Positions 19,843 to 30,796 of a stretch of DNA of 64,000 nucleotides are shown here, in pieces. Below the pieces are notes generated by a model. The model worked only from the letters and a program-made list of their open reading frames with translations. It was not told the DNA's origin and did no database searches. A program made the position numbers and the translations under genes. The stretch's first letter is position 1, and each line of letters begins with the position of its first letter. The stretch spans positions 48,769-112,768 of the forward strand of contig CAWGPB010000032.1 of assembly GCA_963824335.1 (NCBI GenBank). The letters run 5' to 3'. Source of the stretch: an uncultured Actinomycetota bacterium. Its GTDB lineage: Bacteria; Actinomycetota; Actinomycetes; Mycobacteriales; Mycobacteriaceae.

Positions 19843-21990
19843 CTACCACCAACCCGTGGCAGGCCCGAGCTGGCGGCCCAGCTCATTGGTCATGGTGCGC
19901 ATGTAAGTGGCGGAAAGGTGATGAGCGTCGTGATATACCAACACGTTTCCCTCGACGGCCGGGCAGATGTCGGCGCGGCAGACGGCGTCGCTCAGGTCCA
20001 GCGGCTTGAGCATCGGGAACTGCTCGACCCAGTCGAGGGTGGGATTGCGGTCGGCGAGCACGTCGGAGCGCTTGATGCCGCACGACACCGCGTCGCCGCC
20101 TTTGGCCAGGCAGTCCGACGGGTTGAACGGTTGACCGTCTTTCACCAACCACGGAGTGTCCCGCATGGCCAGAATCGGAATGTTGTTCTCGGAAAACGTC
20201 TGCCAGATCCCAACGTAAGTGCCCGGCATCACATCTCCGGGCTTGATGTTCCACGGTCGTGTCGAGGTGGTGAACACGAAGTCGGGGTGGTCGGCAACGA
20301 CTGCCGCCATCGCCTTGGGCACCCAGTCGCGGCATTCGGGGTACGGGTCGTTGTTGCCCATCACCAACGGCATCTTCTCGGTCGACAGCGGGCAGCCCAT
20401 CTTCAGGAAGGTGGTGACCTTGAAGTGGTGCCGGTGTCCGAGCAGATCCAGCGCGGTCAGCCAGTGCTCGGCGTGCGAGCCACCGGCCAGCGCGATGGTC
20501 CTCGTGGCGTTCGGGTCGCCGTAGCTGCACTTGATCACGTCGGTGTTCTTGAAGTCACTGATGCAGCCGTCTCGGGTGGACGGCGGATAGTCGGTCTGCG
20601 CTTCCAGCACTGTCGGCCGCATGCGCAGCCGGGGCACCCGCACATGCTTGATCAGGGCGCGAGCACCGGGATAGTCGGTGGAACTCAGAGCACTGAGTTC
20701 CTTGCCGCTGGCACGTTCGACGTTGACGTGCTCGCGCCAGGTGAATGCCGTCGCGGTGAGCGTCACACCCAATAACCCGACCACCGACCCCAGCACCATC
20801 GTGGGTCGGCGCAGCCGCGTACGCCAGGGCACCAGGGTCTCGGGTGCGGCATTGGCGGGCTTACGCACTCGCAACGGTTCTTCGATGTAGCGGTTGGTCA
20901 GGTACGCCAGCACGCCCGAGATCAGCAGCACCACGGTGCCCTCGACCACGTTGGCGTGCGCGTGACCGCTGTAGGCGAGCCAGAAGATCAGCAGTGGCCA
21001 GTGCCACAGATACAGCGAGTAGGCCATCTCACCGAGGCGCACCAGCGGCGCCGTCGCGAGCAGCCGGTTGGGTAGCGGCAACGCGACGCCGTCGGGCCGG
21101 TTGGCCCCGGCCAGGATGAACACGACGGCGGCGCCGACCGGCACCAACGCCCACGGGCCGGGGAACTGCCTGACGCCATCGATCAGCGCGCCGCAGGACA
21201 GCACCGCGGCCAATGCAACCGTGGCCGCGGTGGCGCGCAACCACATCGGCCACCGGACATAGGGGACCAGGGCGCCGACCAGGGCGCCGAGCAGCAACTC
21301 CCACGCGCGGGCAAAGCTGTTGTAGTAAGCCACCGCCTGGTCGTCCTGGTGGGCGAAGATCGCGTAGCCGAACGATGCGATCGCCAGCGCGCTGAGCAAC
21401 AGCACGAACACCGTGCGCAGCCGGTCGCCCACTCGGCGCCGAAGGAGGTACGCGAGGCCGAAAACCAGTCCCAGGAACGCGATGTAGAACTGGCCCTGCA
21501 CCGACATCGACCAGATGTGTTGCAGGGGGCTGACCGATTCGCCGGCCCGCAGATAGTCGCCGACCGTGCTGGCGAGCTCCCAGTTCTGGTAGTAGCCGAG
21601 GCACGCCAGGCTCTGGTCGGCGAAGGTCTCCCAGCGCGTCTGCGGCTGGATGAGGACGGTCAGCACCGCGCATCCGGCCAGCACCACCACCAGGGCCGGC
21701 AGCAGTCGGCGTACCAGCCGAACGACCTCGGGGATCGGCGAGAGCGCGGATGTCGGATTGAGTGCCGCGCGCAGCAACTTGCCGCCGAAGAAGAAACCGG
21801 ACAGGGCGAGGAACACGTCCACCCCACCGGAGACCCGGCCGAACCACACGTGGAACATCGCGACGAGGGCGATGGCAATGCCGCGCAGCCCGTCCAGATC
21901 GTGGCGGTAGAACCCTGCCCGGTTTTCCGCTGCGGGTTGCGCGGGTTGCACAACGCCGGCGTCGGCCGAGCGGGTCGGGGAGATCGTCAT
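19843..21990 (-). CDS. sucT: Acyltransferase-3/SGNH fusion, Rv1565c orthologue (arabinan succinyltransferase)
   Basis: RHDLDGLRGIA, HIWSMSVEGQ-like HIWSMSVQGQ, YSLYLWHWP, SGNH domain GGSHA...DAHH; synteny with Rv1565c. Confidence 0.85.
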   Translation of the reverse strand: MTISPTRSADAGVVQPAQPAAENRAGFYRHDLDGLRGIAIALVAMFHVWFGRVSGGVDVFLALSGFFFGGKLLRAALNPTSALSPIPEVVRLVRRLLPALVVVLAGCAVLTVLIQPQTRWETFADQSLACLGYYQNWELASTVGDYLRAGESVSPLQHIWSMSVQGQFYIAFLGLVFGLAYLLRRRVGDRLRTVFVLLLSALAIASFGYAIFAHQDDQAVAYYNSFARAWELLLGALVGALVPYVRWPMWLRATAATVALAAVLSCGALIDGVRQFPGPWALVPVGAAVVFILAGANRPDGVALPLPNRLLATAPLVRLGEMAYSLYLWHWPLLIFWLAYSGHAHANVVEGTVVLLISGVLAYLTNRYIEEPLRVRKPANAAPETLVPWRTRLRRPTMVLGSVVGLLGVTLTATAFTWREHVNVERASGKELSALSSTDYPGARALIKHVRVPRLRMRPTVLEAQTDYPPSTRDGCISDFKNTDVIKCSYGDPNATRTIALAGGSHAEHWLTALDLLGHRHHFKVTTFLKMGCPLSTEKMPLVMGNNDPYPECRDWVPKAMAAVVADHPDFVFTTSTRPWNIKPGDVMPGTYVGIWQTFSENNIPILAMRDTPWLVKDGQPFNPSDCLAKGGDAVSCGIKRSDVLADRNPTLDWVEQFPMLKPLDLSDAVCRADICPAVEGNVLVYHDAHHLSATYMRTMTNELGRQLGPATGWW

Positions 21991-22060
21991 GATTGACAGA
22001 CAATCTACCTAACCCGCCGGCCGACGCGTCTGCGCGAAAACCGGTCGGGGAGCTGTCCGG

Positions 22061-22567
22061 TCAGGACTCCAGGACGCGCGTCAGGTACGGAGTCATCCCG
22101 GTGGTCCGAGCCGGTGTGACCGTGACGGCGGGCTCGGTCGCCTCGATCATCTGGTTGCTGCCCAGGTACAACGCCACGCTCTGGCTACCGCCCGGCCCGT
22201 AGCAGAGCAGGTCGCCCGGGCGTGCCTGCGCGGGCGCGACTTTCCGGCCGACGTTGCACTGCTCGGCCGACGTGCGCGGCATCTTCACGCCGGCGCCTGC
22301 GAAGGCGTACTGGATCAGGCCGGAGGCGTCGAACCCGACAATGTTGGCTTTCAGGCCGGTGCCGCGGGTGGGTCCTGCGGCGTTGCCGCCGCCATACAGG
22401 AACGGCACGTTGCGTTGCGACAGCGCGCGCTGGATCACATAGTTGGTGGTCTGCTGGTATCCCACCAGAGTCGGGCCGGCGGGGTCAGCGCTCGCGGTGT
22501 GAGGGTTGACCATCGGCAACGTCAACAACAGGGCCAGGCTCGTCGGGACGGCGATGCTGCGTCTCAT
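22061..22567 (-). CDS. ripD: Secreted non-catalytic NlpC/P60 peptidoglycan-binding protein
   Basis: Signal peptide; GFDASGL (Cys to Ala) and SQSVALYLG (His to Ser); RBS GAGGTG before ATG 22567; synteny with Rv1566c. Confidence 0.88.
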   Translation of the reverse strand: MRRSIAVPTSLALLLTLPMVNPHTASADPAGPTLVGYQQTTNYVIQRALSQRNVPFLYGGGNAAGPTRGTGLKANIVGFDASGLIQYAFAGAGVKMPRTSAEQCNVGRKVAPAQARPGDLLCYGPGGSQSVALYLGSNQMIEATEPAVTVTPARTTGMTPYLTRVLES

Positions 22568-22854
22568 GTGGATCACCTCTCTGTGGCGTTGGCGCGGTGA
22601 CTACACGCCTCAGCCGCCATTCCATCGATTCACCACAGAGACTCATGTGTTGACCCGCCCCGTTCAGGGGCCGCGCCGCCCCCGGTTGGTGAACCGCTGA
22701 ATTCACAACAGTCACTACGACCACTGTGGCAACAAACGCCTCGTAGAGCTACCTTTTTGGGGTTCTGCGCGGGATTTTTTGTCGTACCGTGACCCAACGG
22801 TGATCGCTGAGGGCTCGAAGCCTCAAACCTGTGTCCGCCGTTGTGATTTCGCTC

Positions 22855-23298
22855 TCACTCGGGGGAGTCGACGACCTCGGGCACGCTGTGCCAGTAGGTG
22901 GAGCTGAAGTCGGTCAGCGCGGTTCCGGATGCCGAGGCGAAAAGCACCAGTGCGATCGCCAACGCCGGCCAAAAGGACAGATACCAGCCCTTCAGCAGGG
23001 ACACCACCGGCCCCAGCAGCGCGGCGGCGACCGCGGCGCCGATGCCTCCCCACACCAACGGATAGATGTAGAAATCGACGCCGAATGGCGCCGGCGGACA
23101 TTCGCCGGTGCACACGTCTTTGAGGAAGCCGAAAAGACGTGCATACCAATTGGTCCCGAAGGCGAGCACAAGTAGCAGCGTCAACAGCGCCACCAATGAG
23201 ATGACATCCCACGGAACCAGCCGCAGCCGCAGAATGCGCGGCGGAGAGTCGTCGGGGCGGGCGGTGGACGGGTCATCGAACTGCTGTGGCGAAGCCAT
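22855..23298 (-). CDS. Small integral membrane protein (Rv1567c position)
   Basis: Three hydrophobic segments and a CTGEC loop; divergent from bioA. Confidence 0.7.
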   Translation of the reverse strand: MASPQQFDDPSTARPDDSPPRILRLRLVPWDVISLVALLTLLLVLAFGTNWYARLFGFLKDVCTGECPPAPFGVDFYIYPLVWGGIGAAVAAALLGPVVSLLKGWYLSFWPALAIALVLFASASGTALTDFSSTYWHSVPEVVDSPE

Positions 23299-23366
23299 GG
23301 TGGCTCAATGGTCCCAGAAAGTCCGGGCATCCGACACGCGGCTCCGCTGCTTTACCCTCGATCCCT

Positions 23367-24692
23367 ATGACTTCCGCGGCCGCAGGCTCGCCCGCGCTCA
23401 CGCCCGAGCAGATCGGCGCGATCGATGCGGCCCACCTCTGGCACCCCTACAGCACGATCGGGGCTGAAGCCGTTCCCCCTCTGGTCGCGGTCGGCGCCCA
23501 GGGCGCCTGGCTCACGCTGGTCCGCGACGGCAAGCAGGTCCAGGCGATCGACGCGATGAGCTCGTGGTGGACGGCCGTGCACGGGCACGGACATCCGGTG
23601 CTCGACGCGGCGATGTCCCGCCAGCTGGCCATCATGAGCCACGTCATGTTCGGCGGCCTGACCCACGAGCCCGCCGCGCGGCTGGCCCAGCTGCTCGTCG
23701 AGATCACCCCGTCCGGTCTGGAGACGGTGTTCTTCAGCGACTCCGGGTCGGTGTCGGTGGAGGTGGCGGTGAAGATGGCGCTGCAGTACTGGCGCAGTCG
23801 CGGGCTGCCCGGCAAGCGACGGCTGATGACCTGGCGCGGGGGATACCACGGCGACACCTTCACCCCGATGAGCGTCTGCGACCCCGACGGCGGCATGCAT
23901 TCGTTGTGGACCGATGTCCTCGCTCATCAGGTGTTCGCCCCGCAGGTACCCCGCGACTACGAGCGGGCCTACGTTGCGGCGTTCGAGGCGCAGCTCGCCG
24001 AGCATGCCAGCGAGCTGGCGGCGGTCGTAGTCGAGCCGGTGGTCCAGGGGGCGGGCGGGATGCGCTTTCACGATCCCCGCTACCTGATCGATCTGCGCGA
24101 CATCTGCCGTCGCCACGACGTGCTGCTGATCTTCGACGAGATCGCCACCGGATTCGGCCGCACCGGCGAGTTGTTCGCCGCCGACCACGCCGGTGTCAGC
24201 CCCGACATCATGTGCGTCGGCAAGGCCCTGACCGGCGGCTACCTGAGCCTGGCCGCCACGCTGTGCACCACCGACGTCGCCCACACGATCAGCCACGGTG
24301 CGGCCGGGGCGCTGATGCACGGCCCCACCTTCATGGCCAACCCGCTGGCCTGCGCCGTCTCGGTGGCGGCGGTGGAACTGCTGCTCGGTCAGGACTGGCG
24401 CTCGACGGTCGCCAAGATCGGCGCCGGGCTGGAAGCCGGACTCGAGCCGGCCCTGGGACTGCCGGGAGTGACCGACGTTCGGGTGTGCGGCGCCATCGGC
24501 GTGATCGAATGCGACCGCCCCGTCGACCTGGCCGTCACCACGCCGGCGGCTCTGGACCGCGGCGTCTGGCTACGGCCGTTCCGCAACCTGATCTACGCGA
24601 TGCCGCCGTTCATCTGCACACCGGAGGAGATCGCGCAGGTCACCTCGGCGATGGTCGAGGTGGCCCGGCTCACCGGCTCTCGTAGGATTTAG
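23367..24692 (+). CDS. bioA: Adenosylmethionine-8-amino-7-oxononanoate aminotransferase
   Basis: [45 protein letters not shown]. Confidence 0.97.
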   Translation: MTSAAAGSPALTPEQIGAIDAAHLWHPYSTIGAEAVPPLVAVGAQGAWLTLVRDGKQVQAIDAMSSWWTAVHGHGHPVLDAAMSRQLAIMSHVMFGGLTHEPAARLAQLLVEITPSGLETVFFSDSGSVSVEVAVKMALQYWRSRGLPGKRRLMTWRGGYHGDTFTPMSVCDPDGGMHSLWTDVLAHQVFAPQVPRDYERAYVAAFEAQLAEHASELAAVVVEPVVQGAGGMRFHDPRYLIDLRDICRRHDVLLIFDEIATGFGRTGELFAADHAGVSPDIMCVGKALTGGYLSLAATLCTTDVAHTISHGAAGALMHGPTFMANPLACAVSVAAVELLLGQDWRSTVAKIGAGLEAGLEPALGLPGVTDVRVCGAIGVIECDRPVDLAVTTPAALDRGVWLRPFRNLIYAMPPFICTPEEIAQVTSAMVEVARLTGSRRI

Positions 24693-24696
24693 CGCG

Positions 24697-25845
24697 ATGA
24701 CGCAGATCGAAACCTCCCCGTTGGCCTGGCTGGAGGCGCATGCCGAGCACCGCAGGCAGGCCGGGCTGCGGCGCGCACTGCGCCTGCGCCCGGCGGTCGC
24801 GGCCGAGCTCGACCTGGCATCCAACGACTACCTCGGCCTCTCGCAGCATCCCGACGTGATCGAGGGCGGGGTGGATGCGCTGCGCACCTGGGGCGCCGGT
24901 GCCACCGGCTCGCGGCTGGTCACCGGCAACACGTCGCTGCACGAGGAGCTGGAGTCCAGCCTCGCTCAATTCGTCGGAGCCGCAGCGGGTTTGGTGTTCT
25001 CGTCCGGGTACACGGCCAACCTGGGCGCGGTCGTCGGGCTCTCGGGCCCGGGCTCGCTACTGGTGTCGGATGCACTGTCACACGCCTCGCTGGTCGACGC
25101 GTGCCGGCTGTCACGGGCGCGGGTCGTGGTCGCGCCACACCGCGACGTCGACGCCGTCGACGCGGCACTGGCCGCGCGAACCGAGGAGCGCGCCGTGGTG
25201 ATCACCGAATCGGTGTTCTCCACCGACGGCGCCCTGGCCCCGCTGCGCCAGCTGCACGAGGTGTGCCGCCGGCATCGGGCGCTGCTCATCGTCGACGAGG
25301 CCCACGGGCTGGGTGTACGGGGTACCGGCGGGCGCGGGTTGCTGCACGAGCTGGGTTTGGCCGGCGCATCCGACGTGGTGATGACCACGACGCTGTCCAA
25401 AGCTCTCGGCAGTCAGGGCGGCGCTGTGCTGGGGTCGGTGGCGGTGCGCGATCACCTCATCGACGCGGCTCGACCGTTCATCTTCGACACCGGTCTGGCG
25501 CCGGCCGCCGTCGGCGCCGCGCTGGCGGCGTTGCGGGTTCTGCACGCAGAGCCGTCGCGGCCGGACGCGGTCCTGCGGCACGCGGCCACCCTGGCCGGCA
25601 TCTGCGGCGTCACGCAGACACCGCGGTCCGCGGTGGTGTCGGTGATCCTCGGCGCGCCGGAGGTGGCGCTGGCCACCGCCACGGCCTGCCTGGATGCGGG
25701 CGTCCGGGTGGGCTGTTTCCGGCCCCCGACCGTTCCCGCCGGCACATCCCGGCTGCGCCTGACCGCACGCGCGTCGCTGGATGACGACGACCTGGAGCTG
25801 GCCCGGACGGTGCTGACCGACGTGCTGGCCGCGGCACGGCGTTGA
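24697..25845 (+). CDS. bioF: 8-amino-7-oxononanoate synthase
   Basis: [39 protein letters not shown]. Confidence 0.97.
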   Translation: MTQIETSPLAWLEAHAEHRRQAGLRRALRLRPAVAAELDLASNDYLGLSQHPDVIEGGVDALRTWGAGATGSRLVTGNTSLHEELESSLAQFVGAAAGLVFSSGYTANLGAVVGLSGPGSLLVSDALSHASLVDACRLSRARVVVAPHRDVDAVDAALAARTEERAVVITESVFSTDGALAPLRQLHEVCRRHRALLIVDEAHGLGVRGTGGRGLLHELGLAGASDVVMTTTLSKALGSQGGAVLGSVAVRDHLIDAARPFIFDTGLAPAAVGAALAALRVLHAEPSRPDAVLRHAATLAGICGVTQTPRSAVVSVILGAPEVALATATACLDAGVRVGCFRPPTVPAGTSRLRLTARASLDDDDLELARTVLTDVLAAARR

Positions 25846-26522
25846 CGGTCCTGGTCGTCACCGGGACAGGGACCGGGGTCGGCAAGACCATCGCCACTGC
25901 GGCGCTGGCGGCGGCCGCGCGGCAGGCCGGTATCGGCGTCGCGGTCTGCAAGCCGGTGCAAACCGGGACCGCGGCCGGGGATGACGACCTTGCCGAGGTG
26001 ACCCGGCTGACCGGCCTGAGCAAAATGGTCGGGCTGGCGCGGTACCCGGAACCGCTGGCGCCGCTGGCCGCCGCGGAGCGAGCTGGACGGGCTCTGCCCA
26101 GCCGTAACACCATTCTCAAACTGATTCGCGCCGTGGACCATCCGGGCCAGCTGACCCTGGTCGAGGGTGCCGGTGGCCTGCTGGTCGAACTCGCCGACGG
26201 CGGCGTGACGTTGCGCGACCTCGCCGCTGATCTTTCCGCCGCGGTGTTGGTGGTGACCACCGCCGAGCTCGGCACCCTCAACCACACTGCGCTGACGGTG
26301 GAATCGCTCGCGGCGCGTCGCCTCACCTTTGCGGGACTGGTGATCGGCAATTGGCCATTGCCGCCCGGTGTGGTGGAGGCGTCCAACAGGTCTGCGCTGG
26401 TGCGCCTGGGCCCGGTGCGCGCCGCGCTGCCCGCGGGAGCGGGACGGTTGAGCACCGCAGAGTTCACCGCGATGAGCGCGCACGCGTTCGACCGCGCCTG
26501 GGTGACCAGCCTGCTCAGCTGA
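25842..26522 (+). CDS. bioD: Dethiobiotin synthetase
   Basis: [28 protein letters not shown]; TTG start overlaps the bioF stop. Confidence 0.96.
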   Translation: MTVLVVTGTGTGVGKTIATAALAAAARQAGIGVAVCKPVQTGTAAGDDDLAEVTRLTGLSKMVGLARYPEPLAPLAAAERAGRALPSRNTILKLIRAVDHPGQLTLVEGAGGLLVELADGGVTLRDLAADLSAAVLVVTTAELGTLNHTALTVESLAARRLTFAGLVIGNWPLPPGVVEASNRSALVRLGPVRAALPAGAGRLSTAEFTAMSAHAFDRAWVTSLLS

Positions 26523-27031
26523 TGGCGCATTCGATCGAGCTGCTCTTCGATACCGGTACCGAGGCGACGCTGCGCCGGATCTGGGACGAGCTGGCTGCCG
26601 CAGATCTACCGAGCCGCGTTCCGGCCGGCCGGCCGCATGTCACGGTCGCCGTCGCCGAGCGGATCGCACCCGACGTCGACGCGTTGCTGCGGCCGATCGC
26701 CCACCAGCTGCCGCTGGAGTGCGACGTGGGTGCGCCGCTGCTGTTCGGGCAGTCGAACGCGGTACTGGCCCGGCTCATCGTGCCAACGACAGAGCTTCTT
26801 GCCCTGCACGCCGACGTGCATCGGCTCTGCGGCCCGCATCTGCTGCCCGGTCCGCTGCCGCACAGCCTGCCCGGTCAGTGGACGGCGCACGTCACGCTGG
26901 CCCGCCGCATCGAAGGCGCCCTACTTGGTCCGGTGCTGCAAATAGCGGGTCAGCCCGCGGAGATCCGCGGCCGGCTGGCCGGTCTGCGCCGCTGGGACGG
27001 CACCGAACGTGTCGAGTATCCGATCGGCTGA
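26522..27031 (+). CDS. 2H phosphoesterase (2'-5' RNA ligase family), Rv1571 orthologue
   Basis: Two HxT motifs (RPHVTVA, TAHVTLA); translationally coupled to bioD. Confidence 0.85.
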   Translation: MAHSIELLFDTGTEATLRRIWDELAAADLPSRVPAGRPHVTVAVAERIAPDVDALLRPIAHQLPLECDVGAPLLFGQSNAVLARLIVPTTELLALHADVHRLCGPHLLPGPLPHSLPGQWTAHVTLARRIEGALLGPVLQIAGQPAEIRGRLAGLRRWDGTERVEYPIG

Positions 27032-27032
27032 C

Positions 27033-28220
27033 CTACGTCCCGCTGCTTCCGGGGCTCGCACCACCACCCGCGGTGTAGGACGCCTTGCCGGTCCCGGCCA
27101 ACCCGCCACCGGACACAATTAGGTACTCGTCGCGAATCGGCTTGTCGGCGAAGAAGTCTTCAAGGATCTCCCGGGCGCCGGCGGCGTAACGGGCCTGGGC
27201 CGACAGCGTCGTCCCCGACACGTGCGGAGTCATCGCCTCGTTCGGCATGCTGCGCCACGGGTGGTCCGCCGGCGGCGGTTGCGGATACCAGACGTCGCCC
27301 GCATAGCCGGCCAGCTGACCACTCTTCAGCGCCGCCACGACCGCGTCGCGCACGCAGATCTCGGCGCGGGCCGTATTCACGATGTAGGAGCCCCGACGCA
27401 TGGAAGCGATCAGCGTCTCGTCGAAGAGGTGATAGGTCTGCGGGTGCAGCGGCGCGTGGATGGACACCACGTCCACCGAGCGGGCCAGCGACGCGGCGTC
27501 GGGGTGGTAGGTGACGTTCAATTCCTTTTCGACCTCGTCGGCAAGGCGGCGGGTGTCGGTGTAGTGCAGGTTGACGTCAAATGGGGCCAATCGGCGCAGT
27601 GTCGCCAGACCGATGCGACCGGCGGCGATCACGCCGACGTCCATGCCCTCGACGTCGTAGGCGCGCTCGACGCAGTCGGCGATGTTCCAGCCACCGTCGG
27701 TCACCCATTGATGAGACGGGACGAAGTTGCGCACCAACGCCAGGATCTGCATGACCGCGTGCTCGGCGACACTGATGCTGTTACAGAAGGTGACTTCGGC
27801 GACGGTCAGCCCGCGGGCAATGGCCGCGTCGAGATCGACGTGGTCTGAACCGATGCCCGCGGTCAGGGCCAGCTTGAGGTCCTTCGCCTTCGCGATCCGC
27901 TCCGCCGTCAGGTACGCCGGCCAAAATGGTTGAGAGATCACAACATCAGCGTCGAGCAGCTGGCGTTCGAATTCCGAATCCGGGCCGTCTTTGTCCGAGG
28001 TCACGATCAACTCGTGCCCACTGTTCTCCAGGAAGGTGCGTAGGCCGAGTTCGCCGGATACACAGCCCAGCAACTGGCCCGGCGTGAAATCGATCGCCGA
28101 CGGGGTCGGCAAGGTCTGACCGCCCGGGTAGCCGTCCAACACCGGGATGCCGTCTCGCGCGTAGACGGGGGGATATCCGGTCACCGGGTCCGGATAGAGG
28201 ACGAGCAATACTTTGGCCAT
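27033..28220 (-). CDS. fdh: NAD-dependent formate dehydrogenase (metal-independent)
   Basis: MAKVLLVLYPDP, ELGLR, ISQPFWPAYLT, GIGSDHVDL, AAGRIG, YTD (NAD-specific Asp), GDVWYPQP, MTPHVSG. Confidence 0.96.
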   Translation of the reverse strand: MAKVLLVLYPDPVTGYPPVYARDGIPVLDGYPGGQTLPTPSAIDFTPGQLLGCVSGELGLRTFLENSGHELIVTSDKDGPDSEFERQLLDADVVISQPFWPAYLTAERIAKAKDLKLALTAGIGSDHVDLDAAIARGLTVAEVTFCNSISVAEHAVMQILALVRNFVPSHQWVTDGGWNIADCVERAYDVEGMDVGVIAAGRIGLATLRRLAPFDVNLHYTDTRRLADEVEKELNVTYHPDAASLARSVDVVSIHAPLHPQTYHLFDETLIASMRRGSYIVNTARAEICVRDAVVAALKSGQLAGYAGDVWYPQPPPADHPWRSMPNEAMTPHVSGTTLSAQARYAAGAREILEDFFADKPIRDEYLIVSGGGLAGTGKASYTAGGGASPGSSGT

Positions 28221-28303
28221 CGCATTCTCCTTACTCCACGTGCGGGATCCTCCCAGCCTTCACCACCTCTATGCCAAAAGACCGAGCAGGGTCCGATGCC
28301 GCG

Positions 28304-28332
28304 TTGACGGCGCAACCCACGGACGAAAGAAT
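28304..28332 (+). promoter_or_regulatory. SigA-type promoter for a leaderless alsD-alsS transcript
   Basis: TTGACG (28304-28309), 17-nt spacer, AAGAAT (28327-28332), 6 nt before ATG 28339. Confidence 0.6.
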
Positions 28333-28338
28333 CGCTGG

Positions 28339-29118
28339 ATGGTGCCTGAACCGGCCGACTCGGCTGCCGGCCGACTGCGGGGCTGGCTGCACGCGCTGAT
28401 CACGCATCGCCACGGTAGCGAGGTCTATCAGACCTCGACGATGGGCGCGTTGCTCGACGGTGTCTACGACGGGGACGTGACCATCCGAGAGCTGTTGCAG
28501 CACGGCAACTTCGGCCTGGGTACCTTCAACGGTCTGGACGGCGAGATGCTGGTGCTCGACGGGGTCTGCTATCAATTGCGCGGCGACGGCAGCGCGCGGC
28601 CCGCCGAGCCGGACCAGTGCACGCCTTTCGCGGTCGTCACCTGGTTCGACGCCGACCACTCATTCGAGGTGGCCGAGCCGGTAGACCGGGCCGGACTCAA
28701 AGCGCGGATCGACGAGTCGCTGCCGACTGCCAACTTGATTGTCGCCGTTCGGGTCAGCGGCGACTTCAGCGTGATTCGCACCCGCACCGTCACCGAGCAG
28801 CACCGCCCCTACCCGCCGTTCACCGAGGCCACCCAAGACCAGCAGGAAGTCACCTTCCGCGACGTCACCGGAACGCTCGCCGGCTTCCGGATGCCCGACT
28901 ACGAGCAGGGCGTCTCGGTGGCTGGGTATCACTCGCATTTCGTCGACGCCGAACGGCGCCATGGCGGACACGCCCTTGACTATCGGTTGACCCGGGGGCG
29001 TGTCGACATCAGCGTGCGCTCCGATCTGCATCTGAGTCTGCCGCGTACGCCGGAATTCCTTGCCGCCGAACTGAACCGGCCCGACATGGACAACCAGATC
29101 CGCCGCACCGAAGGGTAG
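28339..29118 (+). CDS. alsD: Alpha-acetolactate decarboxylase
   Basis: [50 protein letters not shown] (Zn ligands). Confidence 0.95.
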   Translation: MVPEPADSAAGRLRGWLHALITHRHGSEVYQTSTMGALLDGVYDGDVTIRELLQHGNFGLGTFNGLDGEMLVLDGVCYQLRGDGSARPAEPDQCTPFAVVTWFDADHSFEVAEPVDRAGLKARIDESLPTANLIVAVRVSGDFSVIRTRTVTEQHRPYPPFTEATQDQQEVTFRDVTGTLAGFRMPDYEQGVSVAGYHSHFVDAERRHGGHALDYRLTRGRVDISVRSDLHLSLPRTPEFLAAELNRPDMDNQIRRTEG

Positions 29119-29137
29119 TGAACTGAGCAGCAACGAG

Positions 29138-30793
29138 GTGCGAGCAGCCCAGCGCGTGGTCGAAACGCTGACCGCCTACGGAATCCAGTACATCTTCGGC
29201 GTCCCGGGCGCCAAGATCGACGCTGTCTTCGACGCGCTGGCCGACGGCGGCCCCGAGTTGATCGTCTGCCGTCATGAGCAGAACGCGGCGTTCATGGCCG
29301 CTGCCGTCGGGCGGCTCACCGGCACACCGGGCGTCGCATTGGTCACGTCGGGGCCGGGCACCACGAATCTGGCCACCGGACTGATCACTGCCACCACCGA
29401 GCAAGATCCGATGGTCGCGATCTGTGGTGCCGTGCAGCGGTCCGACCGGCTCAAGCGCACCCACCAGTCGATGGATGCTGTTGCCGCACTGAAGCCGTTC
29501 ACGAAATACACCGGCGAAGTCGACGATCCCGACAACGTGCCCGAAGCCGTCGCCAACGCGATCCGCAGCGCGCTCACCCAGCCGCGCGGGGCCGCCGCCG
29601 TCGTTTTGCCCGCAGACGTGTCGGCGGCGCCGACGTCGGCGAGGATCGTCGAGCCGAACCCGGTCCCGGCGTTGGGACCCGCGCCGGCCGATCGGATTGC
29701 CCAGGCCGTCAAGCTGATTAGCGCGGCCCGGCGCCCGGCGTTGTTCGTCGGCATCCGGGTGGGGGAGCCCGCGCCGTGCGCGGCGCTACGTGAGCTTCTC
29801 GCCGTCACCGAGTTGCCGGTCGTCGAGACGTTCCAGGCGGCCGGCGTGGTCTCCCGTGAACTCGAGGATCATTTCGTCGGACGCGTGGGGCTTTTTCGCA
29901 ACCAGCCCGGCGACCTCGTCATCGGGCACGCCGATGTTCTGCTGACCGTCGGCTTCGATCCGGTCGAATACGATCCGCGGCTGTGGAATCCGGATCCGGC
30001 TCGCACGCTGATCCACCTCGACGAGATGCCTGCCGACATCGACAACCACTATCAGCCCACGCTCGAACTACGTGGCGACATCGCCGCGACCCTGTCGGAG
30101 TTGGCCCGGGCGCTGACCGGGCTGCAACTGGACGGCGCCGTACGCAACCACGTCGCCGAACAGCGTGCGGCGCTGTCGAGAATCGACGACGAGGCCCGCC
30201 AGCGCCCGCAGACCGACTTCGGCGTCAATCCTGCCGCCGTCGTCCTGGCGTTGCGGGATCTGCTTGGCGACGACGCCACGGTTTCCTGCGATGTGGGATC
30301 GCATTACATCTACATGGCCCGACACTTCCGGGTGTATCAGCCGCGGCGACTGCTGTTCTCCGATGGCCAGCAGACGCTCGGTGTCGCGCTGCCGTGGGCG
30401 ATGGCCGCCGCGCTGGTTCGACCGGGTACCCCAGTCGTGTCGGTATCCGGTGACGGTGGATTTCTCTTCAGCGCACAGGAATTGGAGACCGCGACGCGAC
30501 TGGGTCTGAGCTTCACCCACGTCATCATGCGCGACAACACCTACAACATGGTCGCCTTTCAGGAGGAGCTGAAATACGGTCGCGCTTCGGGAGTCCAGCT
30601 GGGCGACTACGACATCACGCATTACGCGGCGGCATTCGGCGCCAACGGTATTCGGGTCGGCAGCCTTGCCGAGTTCGAGCAGGCGTTCACCCGCTCGCTG
30701 GCCGGGCCCGGAGTGACGATCATCGACGTGCTCGTCGACTACAGCCGCAACACCGAGCTGTTCGCCGAATTGCACGACGACGTACTGGAATAG
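29138..30793 (+). CDS. alsS: Catabolic acetolactate synthase
   Basis: [77 protein letters not shown]. Confidence 0.95.
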   Translation: MRAAQRVVETLTAYGIQYIFGVPGAKIDAVFDALADGGPELIVCRHEQNAAFMAAAVGRLTGTPGVALVTSGPGTTNLATGLITATTEQDPMVAICGAVQRSDRLKRTHQSMDAVAALKPFTKYTGEVDDPDNVPEAVANAIRSALTQPRGAAAVVLPADVSAAPTSARIVEPNPVPALGPAPADRIAQAVKLISAARRPALFVGIRVGEPAPCAALRELLAVTELPVVETFQAAGVVSRELEDHFVGRVGLFRNQPGDLVIGHADVLLTVGFDPVEYDPRLWNPDPARTLIHLDEMPADIDNHYQPTLELRGDIAATLSELARALTGLQLDGAVRNHVAEQRAALSRIDDEARQRPQTDFGVNPAAVVLALRDLLGDDATVSCDVGSHYIYMARHFRVYQPRRLLFSDGQQTLGVALPWAMAAALVRPGTPVVSVSGDGGFLFSAQELETATRLGLSFTHVIMRDNTYNMVAFQEELKYGRASGVQLGDYDITHYAAAFGANGIRVGSLAEFEQAFTRSLAGPGVTIIDVLVDYSRNTELFAELHDDVLE

Positions 30794-30796
30794 CGT

